Positions 1-10,385 of a stretch of 64,000 nucleotides of DNA are shown here, piece after piece; within the stretch, counting starts at the first letter, position 1, and every line of letters begins with the position of its first letter. The stretch is from Candidatus Altiarchaeales archaeon (GTDB lineage: Archaea > Altiarchaeota > Altiarchaeia > IMC4 > SCGC-AAA252-I15). A program made the translations under genes and the position numbers. The stretch is from NCBI GenBank assembly GCA_014727915.1, contig WJMO01000007.1, forward strand, positions 33,773 through 97,772. Reading direction: 5' to 3'. The notes under the pieces were generated by a model. That model saw only the letters and a program-made list of their open reading frames with translations, had not been told where the DNA came from and ran no database searches.

Positions 1-366
1 GTTGCGCTCCAGGTACTTCACCCTCTTGTTCACGATGCTCTTAGGGTAGCCGAGCATGTAAACGAAGAACACGCCGGATACGACAACGCCTATCGCCGGG
101 CCGAACTCCGGGTTTGCAGCCCCCCCGGACACGAGTATGAAGGAGAGTATGCCGCCCAATCCTATGAGGATGAAAGTGGACATGAAGAAGCAGACCGCCA
201 GGTACTCACGGGTTGTTATGTCATACTGGTCCCTGACGCCGGACTGATCGATGGCATCACGCATGAAAGGGAATAGATGGGTTAATATGGCCCCTACACC
301 TATGAACAGGCGTGAGCCCCCTCTCACAAACTTTGACTCAAGGACAGGTATCTTGGCCTCAGTCAT
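1..366 (-). CDS. Type IV pilus/T2SS platform membrane protein (TadB/TadC/FlaJ-like), runs off the window edge
   Basis: Hand translation MTEAKIPVLESK...two TM helices...YPKSIVNKRVKYLERN; directly downstream of the secretion ATPase; absent from the ORF track. Confidence 0.75.
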   Translation of the reverse strand, partial: MTEAKIPVLESKFVRGGSRLFIGVGAILTHLFPFMRDAIDQSGVRDQYDITTREYLAVCFFMSTFILIGLGGILSFILVSGGAANPEFGPAIGVVVSGVFFVYMLGYPKSIVNKRVKYLERN

Positions 367-400
367 CAAATAGAATTAGTAATAGGTATTAAAGAGGGTG

Positions 401-1966
401 TCACGCGCCCTCCTCCTCTTCCCTATCTCCGAGCAGCGCCTCAGGACCCTCGTCGGACAGCACGACTTTGACCACTGTCTTACGGTCGATGTAGTAGCGG
501 TTGAGTATCCTCCCTACTTCGTCGACCTTGCGTATATCGTGCTTGACCATCCAGTTGAGTATGTTCTTCTTGAGGTTGATGTCCTCCACGACCTCGGCCC
601 TCGTCAAACCCGTGTGCCGGTATAACTCGGTGAACAACCTCATGGGCTCCACGTTGGGGACTATCTCGTCCTCCCGCGCATCCCACCGGTATATGATGTT
701 AGGCTTGTACCGCACTTCCCCGGACCTCCGCTTCTCCTCGTCCATCAGGAACTCCCCGACCTCGAATATGCGCCTTATGTTACGCCTCCGGTCCCGGAAC
801 ATCACGACGTTGAGGTGAACCGCCTCCAACATGCTGTGGGGCACCTCTATCGGGGGGTTGGTTATCCTCGTTATGGTCTGCTCGCAGGTGTCCGCGTGTA
901 TCGTGCAGTATACCGAGTGCCCTGTGTGCATCGCCTCGAACAGCACCTCAGCCTCCCGCTTCTTACGTATCTCGCCCATGACTATCCGGTCCGGCCGCAT
1001 CCTAAGAGAGTTAACCAGCAGGTCCAGCATGCTGACCTCGCCCTTCCCCTCGGGGTTGGGTTCCCGGGTCGTGAGGGGACACCAGTAGAGGTACTCTGGG
1101 AGCTGCAGCTCCCTGGTGTCCTCGATGCTGATTATGCGGTGGTTGGGCGGCATGAAGGGCATGCAGATGTTCAGGAAGCTCGTCTTCCCCGACCCTGTCC
1201 CTCCGCTGACGACTATGTTCATCTCGTATTGTATCATCAGCCAGATGAGAGCCAGCACCTCGGGGGTGGCGGTACCCGTCTTTATGAAGTCGGGGGCGGT
1301 CCACGGGTCCCTCGCGAACTTACGGATGGTTATCGTATTCCCCTTGGTCGCTATGGGCGTCAGGATGGCGTTGGCACGGTCTTTGCTCACGAGATGGGCG
1401 TCCAATAGGGGGCTGAGGGTGGTTATCTCCCGGCCGACCCGCCTGCCGATGGTGTTGGCATAGTTTTGGATGCGCATCTCGTTCTGTGGTGTGATGTTCG
1501 ACTTGAGCCATCCGAACTTCTTGTGGTATACTCTTATGGGCTCTGACGCGGAGTTTATTACTATCTCCTCCAGGTTCGGGTCGTTCAGGAAGAACTCTAT
1601 CTCGTCTAGGCCGAGTAGCTCGTGCAGCATGCTCAGCACGAAGTGGGTCTTCATCTCCGGGTCCAATCCGGGAAGCTCCTCGTCCAGTATAACCCCGGCT
1701 TTCTGCTCGAACTCCCCCTTCAACTGGCCCAGCAGCTTGGGGTCGAGTATCTCGCTGGTGCTCATCTCTACGCCGGCTATCAGGCGGTCTTTTATGTCGT
1801 CCAACAGGGCCATCGTAGCGACGTCCACCTCGGGAAGTATGAGCTTGTAGTAGGGTACGAAGTCCCTCATGATTATCTGAACGTGCGTTTCAACGCCTTC
1901 AGACTGTATCGTGTAGGAGTCCAGTACTTCGCCGTCAGCGGCCTTCTCACTTTTTTCCTTTGCCAT
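401..1966 (-). CDS. Type IV pilus assembly ATPase (VirB11/TadA/FlaI family)
   Basis: Walker A GGTGSGKT, SIEDTRE Asp box, LRMRPDRIVMGEIR Walker B, TGH..TIHA His box. Confidence 0.95.
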   Translation of the reverse strand: MAKEKSEKAADGEVLDSYTIQSEGVETHVQIIMRDFVPYYKLILPEVDVATMALLDDIKDRLIAGVEMSTSEILDPKLLGQLKGEFEQKAGVILDEELPGLDPEMKTHFVLSMLHELLGLDEIEFFLNDPNLEEIVINSASEPIRVYHKKFGWLKSNITPQNEMRIQNYANTIGRRVGREITTLSPLLDAHLVSKDRANAILTPIATKGNTITIRKFARDPWTAPDFIKTGTATPEVLALIWLMIQYEMNIVVSGGTGSGKTSFLNICMPFMPPNHRIISIEDTRELQLPEYLYWCPLTTREPNPEGKGEVSMLDLLVNSLRMRPDRIVMGEIRKKREAEVLFEAMHTGHSVYCTIHADTCEQTITRITNPPIEVPHSMLEAVHLNVVMFRDRRRNIRRIFEVGEFLMDEEKRRSGEVRYKPNIIYRWDAREDEIVPNVEPMRLFTELYRHTGLTRAEVVEDINLKKNILNWMVKHDIRKVDEVGRILNRYYIDRKTVVKVVLSDEGPEALLGDREEEEGA

Positions 1967-3968
1967 CCGAGCCCTCCTTGGTAGACTTATCAGAGTGTAT
2001 GCTTATTATCTCAGGTTCGCCGATGGTTGGGTACCTGAGCTCCAGCAGGTTGTGCTCTTCCAGTATCATGGCCCAGGCCTCTATCTGGGTCTTGCTGACC
2101 TTCATCTTCTTCGCCAAGGCCTCATTTATCTTCAGCCTCCCCTTGGACTCCACCATCTCATAGAGCAGGTCTATGTTCGTGTGTATCTTCTTGCCCTCCT
2201 CCACACGCTTGTTGAAGCCCTTGCCGTCCTTGCCCAATGTTATCTTCGGCGCATCCCTGAGACGCCTTATCTCGTCCTTCCGCTTCTCCTTCGCCAAAAT
2301 GTCTCCCGCCGATGATATGGGAGATGATCCGCCACCAGACCGCTGCATCTTCAGCTCTTCGAGCCTCGCGGACTTTCTCTCATCGACCTGCTTCTCGCCT
2401 GTCCCGGCGCCGCCATCCTTTGTCTTCCGGAGCTCCGCGTATCTTTGGGCTTTGACAGGGTCAAGGTTGAGGTTTCTCGCGAAGTCTATCAGGTTGAATC
2501 CGCCACCTATCTTCTTGACCTTCCTCTTCTCCTTCAGCATCTTCCTGCGCTCTTCCTTCGCTGCGTCAGATCCTCCGGAGAAGACGCTCTTAAGACCGGA
2601 CATCACGGATTTCTTCTCCTTCTCGCCCGGTTCCGGCCTGAGCCGGGATTTGATCTTTATCTTCAGGGTTGAGAGTTTCACCGGCTTGGACAGCATGTAG
2701 TTTATGTTGGTGCGGACGGACTCGTTCAGGTCGTCCTCTGTCATCTCGAATATCTCGAGGTCTCCCTTGGTCCCGACGAACTCCGTCTGTATCTCGGAGA
2801 GGGCCTCATCACCGAATGTGACCTCCGCCTGGTCCATGTGCTCGAAAGATGCCGCTACTATCTCGCCCTTGTCTATGAGCAGGCCGGCGGTGTAGGCTTG
2901 GTCGTCGAGTTCCGCGTACAGCCTCATCGCGCCCACGAACTCGGTGGCAAGGCTCTTGCACACGTTCCTGAACTCCTCCTCCGTCTCCGGCATTACCTTG
3001 TCGCCGCTGACGACCATCTTGGACGAATCCCGGCCTTTATCCCCATCCTGCCGGGCAGGCTCTGGCTCTGACCCGCCCTGGGATCCGGTTCCTGAGACAG
3101 CGGATGTTTCGGGTTTGCCCACATCCCCTGCCGTGGGCTCTTCTGCAGGGGTTTCAGCTGTTGTTGTGGGGGGAGCTTCCTGGCCGGACTCCGAGGGCTC
3201 TTGAGACGTTGAAAACCCGGTTTCGGGAGTCGGGGTCCCGGACTCGACCGGGATTTCAGGTGTCGTAGGTGAGGGTTCGGGCTCTGAATGCTCGGGGGGT
3301 GAAGTGGGATGTTCGGTCGGGGTTGGAGATTCGGATGTTGAGGGTGATATTTCCTGCGAGGATGAACTGCTGGTTTCAGGTGTTTCAGCCGCAGGCTCCT
3401 GTTCGGACTCCGGTGTAGGCGAAGGCGCAGGCTCGGGGGTTGCGGCGGGTGTGGGCTGGGATTCGGGTTGGGGGATAGGTGGGGGTTCAGGCGGTGTTGT
3501 GTCTGGGGCGGACTGGACAGGCTCGGTTGCGGGGATTGGCTCTGCCGTGGCAGGGGTCTCCGGAGACGCAGCCGCTGTTCCCTGCGCTCCCCCAGAAGTG
3601 GGGGGTGTCTGCTGGCCATCAGATGGCGTTTCCGGCTCGCCTGAGGGGTCGGATGGAATGCCAGGGTCGGGGGAGGGAGTAGGTGCGTGCGGTTCCTTGT
3701 GTTCGTGGGATTTCAGCACCGCACCGCCGGATATGCTGTATTCGGTCTTGCCGAGGAACTTCTTCTTGACCTTGATTATGCCCTTATCCTTCAGGTAGGA
3801 GGTGTAGCGGCCCAGTTCCTTCTTGTCGATTCCCGTAGAGGATGAAAGCTCCTTGTCCGAGACCACACCCCGGCGTTTTATCTCGTCTAAGACGCGTTTA
3901 AGGCGTAATGCCCCCTGTTTCTTCCGTTCTTCAACGCCCCCGTGAAGCCGGTTCTTAACGTCGGACAT
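1947..3968 (-). CDS. Pilus-locus protein: N-terminal wHTH, long Pro/Glu/Thr disordered linker, DUF2226/PATAN-like domain, C-terminal wHTH
   Basis: Likely start MSDVKNR at 3968; HTH-like ends (ELSSSTGIDKKELGRY; TNIDLLYEMV...IEAWAMILEEHNLLELRYP); central GLLIDKGEIVAASF...FGDEAL...LEIFEM. Confidence 0.65.
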   Translation of the reverse strand: MSDVKNRLHGGVEERKKQGALRLKRVLDEIKRRGVVSDKELSSSTGIDKKELGRYTSYLKDKGIIKVKKKFLGKTEYSISGGAVLKSHEHKEPHAPTPSPDPGIPSDPSGEPETPSDGQQTPPTSGGAQGTAAASPETPATAEPIPATEPVQSAPDTTPPEPPPIPQPESQPTPAATPEPAPSPTPESEQEPAAETPETSSSSSQEISPSTSESPTPTEHPTSPPEHSEPEPSPTTPEIPVESGTPTPETGFSTSQEPSESGQEAPPTTTAETPAEEPTAGDVGKPETSAVSGTGSQGGSEPEPARQDGDKGRDSSKMVVSGDKVMPETEEEFRNVCKSLATEFVGAMRLYAELDDQAYTAGLLIDKGEIVAASFEHMDQAEVTFGDEALSEIQTEFVGTKGDLEIFEMTEDDLNESVRTNINYMLSKPVKLSTLKIKIKSRLRPEPGEKEKKSVMSGLKSVFSGGSDAAKEERRKMLKEKRKVKKIGGGFNLIDFARNLNLDPVKAQRYAELRKTKDGGAGTGEKQVDERKSARLEELKMQRSGGGSSPISSAGDILAKEKRKDEIRRLRDAPKITLGKDGKGFNKRVEEGKKIHTNIDLLYEMVESKGRLKINEALAKKMKVSKTQIEAWAMILEEHNLLELRYPTIGEPEIISIHSDKSTKEGSDGKGKK

Positions 3969-4018
3969 AATCCACCAATATACATTTACCCCCAGTAGAT
4001 TAAAATTAAAAGGGGGGT

Positions 4019-6607
4019 TCAGGAGCATGTGACGTTGAAGTCGTCCACGTAGAAGCCGTACTGGGTGAAGATGTCATTGTTCGAATCCAGCCTGAACCGA
4101 ACCCAAAGGCTGCCGCCGGCGTAGGAGCTCAGGTCATAGGAGTGCTGGGTCCAGACGTCCTCCCTCCAGCTGCCGCTCATCAGCTCGTCCCAGCTGTTTC
4201 CGTCAGATGAAGCCTCGACATAAACCTCATCACCGGCGCCCAGGACAACCCAGTACTTGTCCATGAAGTAGAGTGTGACAGGCCCTGCGACACCTGACAG
4301 GTCGATCTCTGGGCTCTCCAGCCACTCGTTGGCGTTCTTGTTGTAGTCGTGGCTTAGGTCAGTCGCCCAGCAGCTGCTCCCAGAGTATGCATTGCCCCAC
4401 CAGGGGTCGCCAAGCTCCCACTCGTCCTGGGGGCCTCCGTGTGTCCAAAGGCCTTCCCCGGATTCCATGTCGTCGAAGAAGCCGCAAACGGAAGGCGGGG
4501 AAGTCGTGGAAGTTGTTGAGGAGGTCGTTGTCGTGGAGGTGGTGGTCGGCCCGGAAATGCATGCTGGATTGCCCGCGTCCAGGTCCGCCCGGAAGGTGTA
4601 GGATCCGTTGTATCCGAAGCGTGGAGCGTCAACGTCCAATGCGATTATGTATGTTTCGCCCCCGATTACACAGTAGGATTCAAGGTTGACAGGCTCCATG
4701 TTCAACCTCACCTCAGGAGATGACGTGCACATGCCGTCGAGGGAGTAGTTGTAGATTATTATGTCTGTCCGGTCGTCGCCTGTCACGTTGCTGGTTCCCG
4801 TGAACGTCAGGTCTAGCAGCCCGTCAGAGGAGGGAGTGAACTGGTAGAAGTGCCATTCGCTGGTGTTATACCCGTAGTAGTCGCATGTGACCTGGTTACC
4901 GTCGGTTAGCCCCGGGGGTAGGGGCGAGTCACAGGTGGTGCAGAAGTCGAGGTCGTCGTAGTCGCAGTCGTGTATCTCGCCGCAGCCTGTGAAGTATATG
5001 AGGCAGTCGTAGTCGAGCCAGTCGGGCTGTCCGTCCAGGTCGTCGTCGGCGCCGTCCACACAGACCTCAGTGGAGCCGGGGCAGCCGGTGACGTTCACGC
5101 AGACCGTGTCCACGTCTAATACCTCGGCGTGGGCATCGTCCAAACGCATCACAAATTCGTCGGATGGGCAGACACCTTTCACGGCGCAGCCTTCGACCCC
5201 CTTCCAGTAGAGGTAGTCCACCCAGGTGGCGTTTTCGGTCACTGTTATCCCATGGTAGTCCAGGTAGAATGGGTCGACCAGCGTCTCCAACCCTATGTCG
5301 GAGGTGTTGAAGAAGTGCATGCTCTGTGTGGCGTACTTGTCTGAGAGGTTGTATCGGCCGTCCAAGCGGTCGAAGAAGGAAGGTCCGTCGAAGCCGCCGA
5401 ATGCGCTGGCGTTGCTGACCTGGTAGCATGTGGTGTTGATGGAGTTCGAGGCGATCCCTATAAGAACCTGGTGTATGTCGCAGTCATCGTTGTTCAGTAT
5501 CTGGATGCACGCCCCCTCCGAGAACTCGCCCTCGTCGCACCCTGCCGGCCGGTCCCATCCTGGGACCTGCGGCGGTTCGGTGTCCATGTCCCCCGTCGCA
5601 GTGATCCAGGGTATGGTGAGGTTGCATTTCTTTGCGAAGCTCTCGGGGGCGTTCTTCTGGTAGTTGATTATGCCCGCGAACGAGTTCGGGTGGCTTGAGT
5701 TGAAGCAAACATGCTCCTCGTACTGGTTGCATCCTCCGAAGCCCTGGTCCAACACGAGTATCAAACCGCTGATGACATCAGGGTCCTCGTTGATGCAGTA
5801 GTCAGCTAAGCTCCCATAGTCCGCCTTTATGGTGGAGTGGAAGACCACGTCACCTGTCGCCTGGCCGACTCCGGGGGACTCGGTCATTATGCTGCAGCCG
5901 GCTATCATCTCGTTGTCGATGAATGTGGTGCAGTTGTTGATGTACTTTATCACGAACGAGTTCGTGTTCAGGGGGAATAGGGGATCCTCCAGTCCGATGA
6001 TGGACGTTGGGGAAGCCACGAGGACACTGTCCCCGACGTAGTAGCATGTGCCCGCCTCGTCGTATACGTTGAAGGACGTGTTGGCGATGGCCATGAAAGT
6101 CCACGGGTCCCTGGGGATCAGGTGGAGCGTGTTCAGGGATATGTTCACGACGAAGTGCATGTCCCTCCCCTGACTTTCTATGCGGTCAAGCCACTGTGAG
6201 AGGGTGTGGTTTACCATGTAGCTGATGTTCTGGTCGTGTAGTGTGCCGCACATTATGAGCTCGGTCAGCGCGGCCTCGCTGCCATTCACGCCCATCCGGA
6301 ACCTGTCACAGTTCACATGGCATGAGGGAGTGCATTTGAAGGAGTAATCCTGGAGGTCGTCGCCGGACAGAACAACATCGTCTATGGCGTAGATGGTCGC
6401 TCGCCTTCCGAATATGACCAGGGCCCGCTCCAGGTCTCCGCGGACGTCCTCGACGAAGTAGTGGAGCTCATCGCATCTTATCTTGGATATGGTGTCGTCT
6501 GTCTTGGTCTTGGAGACCGTCGCATAGTATGACACGAAGAGTATCAGGGGTATGACTAGCAGGACGACGGCTATCGTGAAGAATAGTCCTCGCTTTTCCT
6601 TTTTCAT
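4019..6607 (-). CDS. Large minor pilin/adhesin with class III signal peptide, Cys/Asp-rich modules, Thr linker and C-terminal MAM/jelly-roll-like domain
   Basis: KKEKRG|LFFTIAVVLL prepilin site; CVDGADDDLDGQPDWLDYDC; FFDDMESG...WLESPEIDLS...GFYVDDFNV; ATGA overlap with upstream gene. Confidence 0.75.
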   Translation of the reverse strand: MKKEKRGLFFTIAVVLLVIPLILFVSYYATVSKTKTDDTISKIRCDELHYFVEDVRGDLERALVIFGRRATIYAIDDVVLSGDDLQDYSFKCTPSCHVNCDRFRMGVNGSEAALTELIMCGTLHDQNISYMVNHTLSQWLDRIESQGRDMHFVVNISLNTLHLIPRDPWTFMAIANTSFNVYDEAGTCYYVGDSVLVASPTSIIGLEDPLFPLNTNSFVIKYINNCTTFIDNEMIAGCSIMTESPGVGQATGDVVFHSTIKADYGSLADYCINEDPDVISGLILVLDQGFGGCNQYEEHVCFNSSHPNSFAGIINYQKNAPESFAKKCNLTIPWITATGDMDTEPPQVPGWDRPAGCDEGEFSEGACIQILNNDDCDIHQVLIGIASNSINTTCYQVSNASAFGGFDGPSFFDRLDGRYNLSDKYATQSMHFFNTSDIGLETLVDPFYLDYHGITVTENATWVDYLYWKGVEGCAVKGVCPSDEFVMRLDDAHAEVLDVDTVCVNVTGCPGSTEVCVDGADDDLDGQPDWLDYDCLIYFTGCGEIHDCDYDDLDFCTTCDSPLPPGLTDGNQVTCDYYGYNTSEWHFYQFTPSSDGLLDLTFTGTSNVTGDDRTDIIIYNYSLDGMCTSSPEVRLNMEPVNLESYCVIGGETYIIALDVDAPRFGYNGSYTFRADLDAGNPACISGPTTTSTTTTSSTTSTTSPPSVCGFFDDMESGEGLWTHGGPQDEWELGDPWWGNAYSGSSCWATDLSHDYNKNANEWLESPEIDLSGVAGPVTLYFMDKYWVVLGAGDEVYVEASSDGNSWDELMSGSWREDVWTQHSYDLSSYAGGSLWVRFRLDSNNDIFTQYGFYVDDFNVTCS

Positions 6608-9600
6608 AGCCACACCATCAACTTGAATTTCGCAGGCCCCCAGAGGGACTGGACTCCGCCCGCGCTCGATATCTCGAACTCTATCATGTTGGGGTCGAAC
6701 AGCAGGTCGACTTCGCCGTCGTCGTCCAGGTCCAGCTGGTCCATCAGCCTGAAAACGGCATCGTTGACCGCATCCCCCGCAACATATGATTTGTTCATAG
6801 GACTATTAAGTCCAGGGGTGTAAAAGCAGTTAGACGAGCCCCCGTATGCCGTCGGTATGGGAGCGTTGAAGCTCGTCCCGTCCTCGAACTCTATCTCCCA
6901 GTTGCAGCCCAGGTTGTCGTCGAAGACCCCACCGTATCCTACCATGCTCTGCAGGCGGATAGTGTATATTGCCCTGTCGTCAGGCGAGCAACCGGTACGG
7001 TTGTCCTCGGAATCCCCGGTTTCGATCGTGAGCGTCGTGTTGCCGCCGATCAGTATCTTCTCAGGGGGTATTTGAACTATGTAGGGGTCTCCCAGTAGGG
7101 CGTAGTCGGAGCCCCAGTCTGAAAGCTGATAGACTATCTCCCCCCCTCCAGAGTCCACGTCCAGGTAGTCCGTCCAGTGCTCTCCAGAATAGGAGGTCAC
7201 CCTGGCAGATGAGACGACGACATCAGGCGGTATCTCGACCACCCCCCTGCAGTTGAGGGTGTCGTCGAAGCGGTCGGTGGACTGTGTGATCGAGACCGTC
7301 CCATAGTCGGACAGGTTCAAGGGCATGTAGTCGATTTCAAGGTATGAGTCGGGGAAAAGCTGGGACTCCCTGAGCTCTCCGCCGTAGAATACTGTCTGGC
7401 TCTCCAGGCTGGACTCGTAGATGTCCTTTGAGAAGTTGAGGTAGCAGTCAACCGCGGCAGTGGAGTTGCCTCCGGGGCAGAAAGCTCCGTCGCCGCATTC
7501 CGCAGAGTGTATGAGGGTCAGCTCGGAATTTAAGCAGCCAAGTGTCGCAGGCCCGAACCCGATGGTGCGGACTTCGGCACCCAAGTCGTTTTGGGCGCGT
7601 TGGGAAGCGCATATCGCATCATAGACTGCGGGAAGGCAGTAGGTGTTCTCGCAGTCGCCCGTGGTGGCCCCGCAGCTCCTGTCGCCTGTCGTCTGAGTGC
7701 ACGACCCCGTGCAGTCACCGCATCCGCTGGTCTCAGGCGGTACGAGGACCTCCAGGTCGTCTATCATTATGTGCTCGCTGTCGGTTGACGTGGAACCCCA
7801 GAATTGAAGCACGAGGTCGTTTAAGGAGTCGGGTATGTCGGCTTCCGCGACCGCCCAGGTGAGCTGCCCGCTTCCTATGTCGGGCGACAGGACCTCCACT
7901 ATGGGCTCCCATCCGCTGCCGTCCCAGTAGTACAGTCCCATCTCGTCAGAGTCCTCCGTGTCCTCGTAGCTGTACCAGACCCTGACCTTGACGTCGTTGT
8001 GGGCTGAGATGTCGATGGGAGTCCTGTTCAAAGCCACATACTCGGGGTTGAAACCGCCCCATATCCCAAAGTAGGACGATCCGCTGTGAGGGCCGTATGA
8101 GCCTGCGCTCGCCTTCCCATAGAGGTAGCCTCCTGGCGCGGTTGTGCGCTCACCGTCCACCGTCCACTCGGCTATCTCGGAGTCGGCTTCGAAGTCTGTG
8201 GTGAACAGCACGGTTCGGTTCTGGTAGTTGCAGCTGCCGCAGTTATAGCCTGTTATGCCGTCGGTCATCACGATGATGTAGTTGCTCCTAGTCGGGCTCC
8301 AAACGTCGTCGAGTAGGTTGTAGGCCTGGTTTATAGCGCAGCAGACGCAGGTTCCTCCCGAGGGGTCGTTGCTGTATCCCATAACATGGGAGACCATGCT
8401 TTCGTTGTCCTGGGGGTCGCTGAATCTGTAGGAAGAGCCGCCGTCTGCTTCGGCCTCGGTGTCAAATGAGACCAGGGCCATCCGGTTCCCGGTGTGGTTC
8501 ATGACCGTGTTTATGAAGTCCCTCGCCAGGCATTTGGCGAGGCTTATGCGCTTGGTGTCGTCGTCGAACAGGTCCGGGCTGTCGCACCCCCGCTCCTCCC
8601 CTTCAGAGCCGGTGTTGTCGCCTATCCGGAAGTCCATGCTCCCGGAGACGTCGGTTATCAGCACCACGTCCGCGTTGCCTGAAGCGACCACCTCGGACAT
8701 GTTACCCGTGCCCATCCGGAGCGGCACGTTGTTCTGGTCCAGGTCCGGGTGGTATATCAAACCTATGGGGGCGCCCTGGATCTCAGCGTCCGAGAGGGTT
8801 ATGAACTGTTCGCTCTCGTTCCCGTCGGCTGAGAAGACGGTGGTGCCGCCTATGTTCAGGTATGTGGAGTAGTTGCTCATGTAATGGAGGTAGAGGCCGA
8901 TGGACTCAACGCGTCCTGGCACGTAGAAGGAGTCGTAGAGGTTTATTATGCCGTTGATTCCCGGGAAGTGATACCATGTGGTCCGGGCGACCTCGTCAGT
9001 GTCCATCTCCGAGGTGTTGTATAGTATGTGTATGAACCCTCCGCCGATGTAGTGGTCTTCTATGGTTCCCTCAGTGAACATTAGGGTGAAGTTGTTGGGA
9101 GCCCCCAGGATGATGTTGGACAGGTCCGCTTCCGCGACGCACCCGTTGCCCGGGCCGGCTGGCAATCCCTCCCGTAGGTTGGCGCTCATGTTGCCTCCGA
9201 TGGGCTCGAACGCGCCCGCGAAGTTCTCGTTTATGTAGAGGTTAAAGTCCGAGGGGGAGTTAAGCTCGAAGCAGCAGCGTTGTATGGTCGCATCAGAGGG
9301 GAGACCCCGCACGAACACTGTTATGTTGCCCTGGCCGGTGTAGCCGCCGAAGTACGTGTAGGATGACGTCTCCTTCTCCCTTATGTTCGCGAGGAACGCC
9401 CTCGCGACATTGCCCCTTGTGGGCAGCCCCCGGCCGTAGCCGACGAGCAGCCGGGTGGAGTGGGTCAACGTAGTTGCCTGGCCAGGGGGTATGCGGGTGT
9501 TGTTGGCTACCATCTCGCCGTCTATCGTCAGCGCCCATCCGACATTCGTGGGGAGCAGCTGGTTTATGTGGTGGGCTGACAGGTTGGATGCGTTCAGCCA

Positions 9601-9834
9601 GTGGGGGCTGGTCTGGTTCCCGTTCGCTGCAGCCCACTCCTCCCCTATCTGGTCCAAGACGCCTATCTTGTTCAGCACGTCCATGGTGTCTTCGGAGACG
9701 TAGTGAAGACGTTTGACCGAGATGTCGGATGCGGATGACCCGCTATATCGCAAGCCCATCAAAGCCGTCAATATGACCATGACCACCGTCAACGCGACGA
9801 CCGCATCCAACAATATCGCATATCCCCTCTTCAT
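6604..9834 (-). CDS. Pilin-like adhesin with vWA (MIDAS) domain
   Basis: MKRG|YAILLDAVVAL prepilin site; DVVLITDVSGSM, GGT and IIVMTDG MIDAS motifs; many Cys. Confidence 0.8.
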   Translation of the reverse strand: MKRGYAILLDAVVALTVVMVILTALMGLRYSGSSASDISVKRLHYVSEDTMDVLNKIGVLDQIGEEWAAANGNQTSPHWLNASNLSAHHINQLLPTNVGWALTIDGEMVANNTRIPPGQATTLTHSTRLLVGYGRGLPTRGNVARAFLANIREKETSSYTYFGGYTGQGNITVFVRGLPSDATIQRCCFELNSPSDFNLYINENFAGAFEPIGGNMSANLREGLPAGPGNGCVAEADLSNIILGAPNNFTLMFTEGTIEDHYIGGGFIHILYNTSEMDTDEVARTTWYHFPGINGIINLYDSFYVPGRVESIGLYLHYMSNYSTYLNIGGTTVFSADGNESEQFITLSDAEIQGAPIGLIYHPDLDQNNVPLRMGTGNMSEVVASGNADVVLITDVSGSMDFRIGDNTGSEGEERGCDSPDLFDDDTKRISLAKCLARDFINTVMNHTGNRMALVSFDTEAEADGGSSYRFSDPQDNESMVSHVMGYSNDPSGGTCVCCAINQAYNLLDDVWSPTRSNYIIVMTDGITGYNCGSCNYQNRTVLFTTDFEADSEIAEWTVDGERTTAPGGYLYGKASAGSYGPHSGSSYFGIWGGFNPEYVALNRTPIDISAHNDVKVRVWYSYEDTEDSDEMGLYYWDGSGWEPIVEVLSPDIGSGQLTWAVAEADIPDSLNDLVLQFWGSTSTDSEHIMIDDLEVLVPPETSGCGDCTGSCTQTTGDRSCGATTGDCENTYCLPAVYDAICASQRAQNDLGAEVRTIGFGPATLGCLNSELTLIHSAECGDGAFCPGGNSTAAVDCYLNFSKDIYESSLESQTVFYGGELRESQLFPDSYLEIDYMPLNLSDYGTVSITQSTDRFDDTLNCRGVVEIPPDVVVSSARVTSYSGEHWTDYLDVDSGGGEIVYQLSDWGSDYALLGDPYIVQIPPEKILIGGNTTLTIETGDSEDNRTGCSPDDRAIYTIRLQSMVGYGGVFDDNLGCNWEIEFEDGTSFNAPIPTAYGGSSNCFYTPGLNSPMNKSYVAGDAVNDAVFRLMDQLDLDDDGEVDLLFDPNMIEFEISSAGGVQSLWGPAKFKLMVWL

Positions 9835-10385
9835 CGCCACACCGTAAAGTAGAGCCTCGTTATCTCACCGTCCAAGACCGCAGTCCTGGTTATCGTCATC
9901 GCCTCCGTGTCGTTGGACGGAACCCTCCCAACTCCCATAGCCTCGCCGTCGACTTCAACCACGGACCCGTTAAGGTATGTAAGGTTGAAGTAAAAATCGT
10001 ATCCTCCGATCCCGAGTAGGTATAGGTTGCATTCGTAGTTGCTGCCCCCCGGCAGGCTGCACAGGTCAGTCTGCCCATGGTCCATGAAGTGCTTGAACTC
10101 CAGCAGCTTGTAGGGGACTAGGACGCGGCTCTTGTTGGACAGGCCCAGCGAGGTCACATTGTCCAGAACCCAGTTCTCAGGGGTTCCGGGCGTGCGTATC
10201 AGCTTCTCAGCAGCTTCAACGCCGAATTCTGCCATGGTCCTCTGGTCTTCTGCCTGGAAGAGGTCCCGGGTGGATAGGTCCCACAGGTGCAGTATCAGCA
10301 TCAGACCCGCCATGAAGAGCATGAACGCTATGAGGAACTCTCCGCTGAAAACCTGGCCTTTGGATTGCGCCTTCATTTTGGTCAT
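9831..10385 (-). CDS. Pilin-like protein (class III signal peptide)
   Basis: SKG|QVFSGEFLIAFMLF plus hydrophobic helix; LIRTPGTPENW motif. Confidence 0.8.
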   Translation of the reverse strand: MTKMKAQSKGQVFSGEFLIAFMLFMAGLMLILHLWDLSTRDLFQAEDQRTMAEFGVEAAEKLIRTPGTPENWVLDNVTSLGLSNKSRVLVPYKLLEFKHFMDHGQTDLCSLPGGSNYECNLYLLGIGGYDFYFNLTYLNGSVVEVDGEAMGVGRVPSNDTEAMTITRTAVLDGEITRLYFTVWR

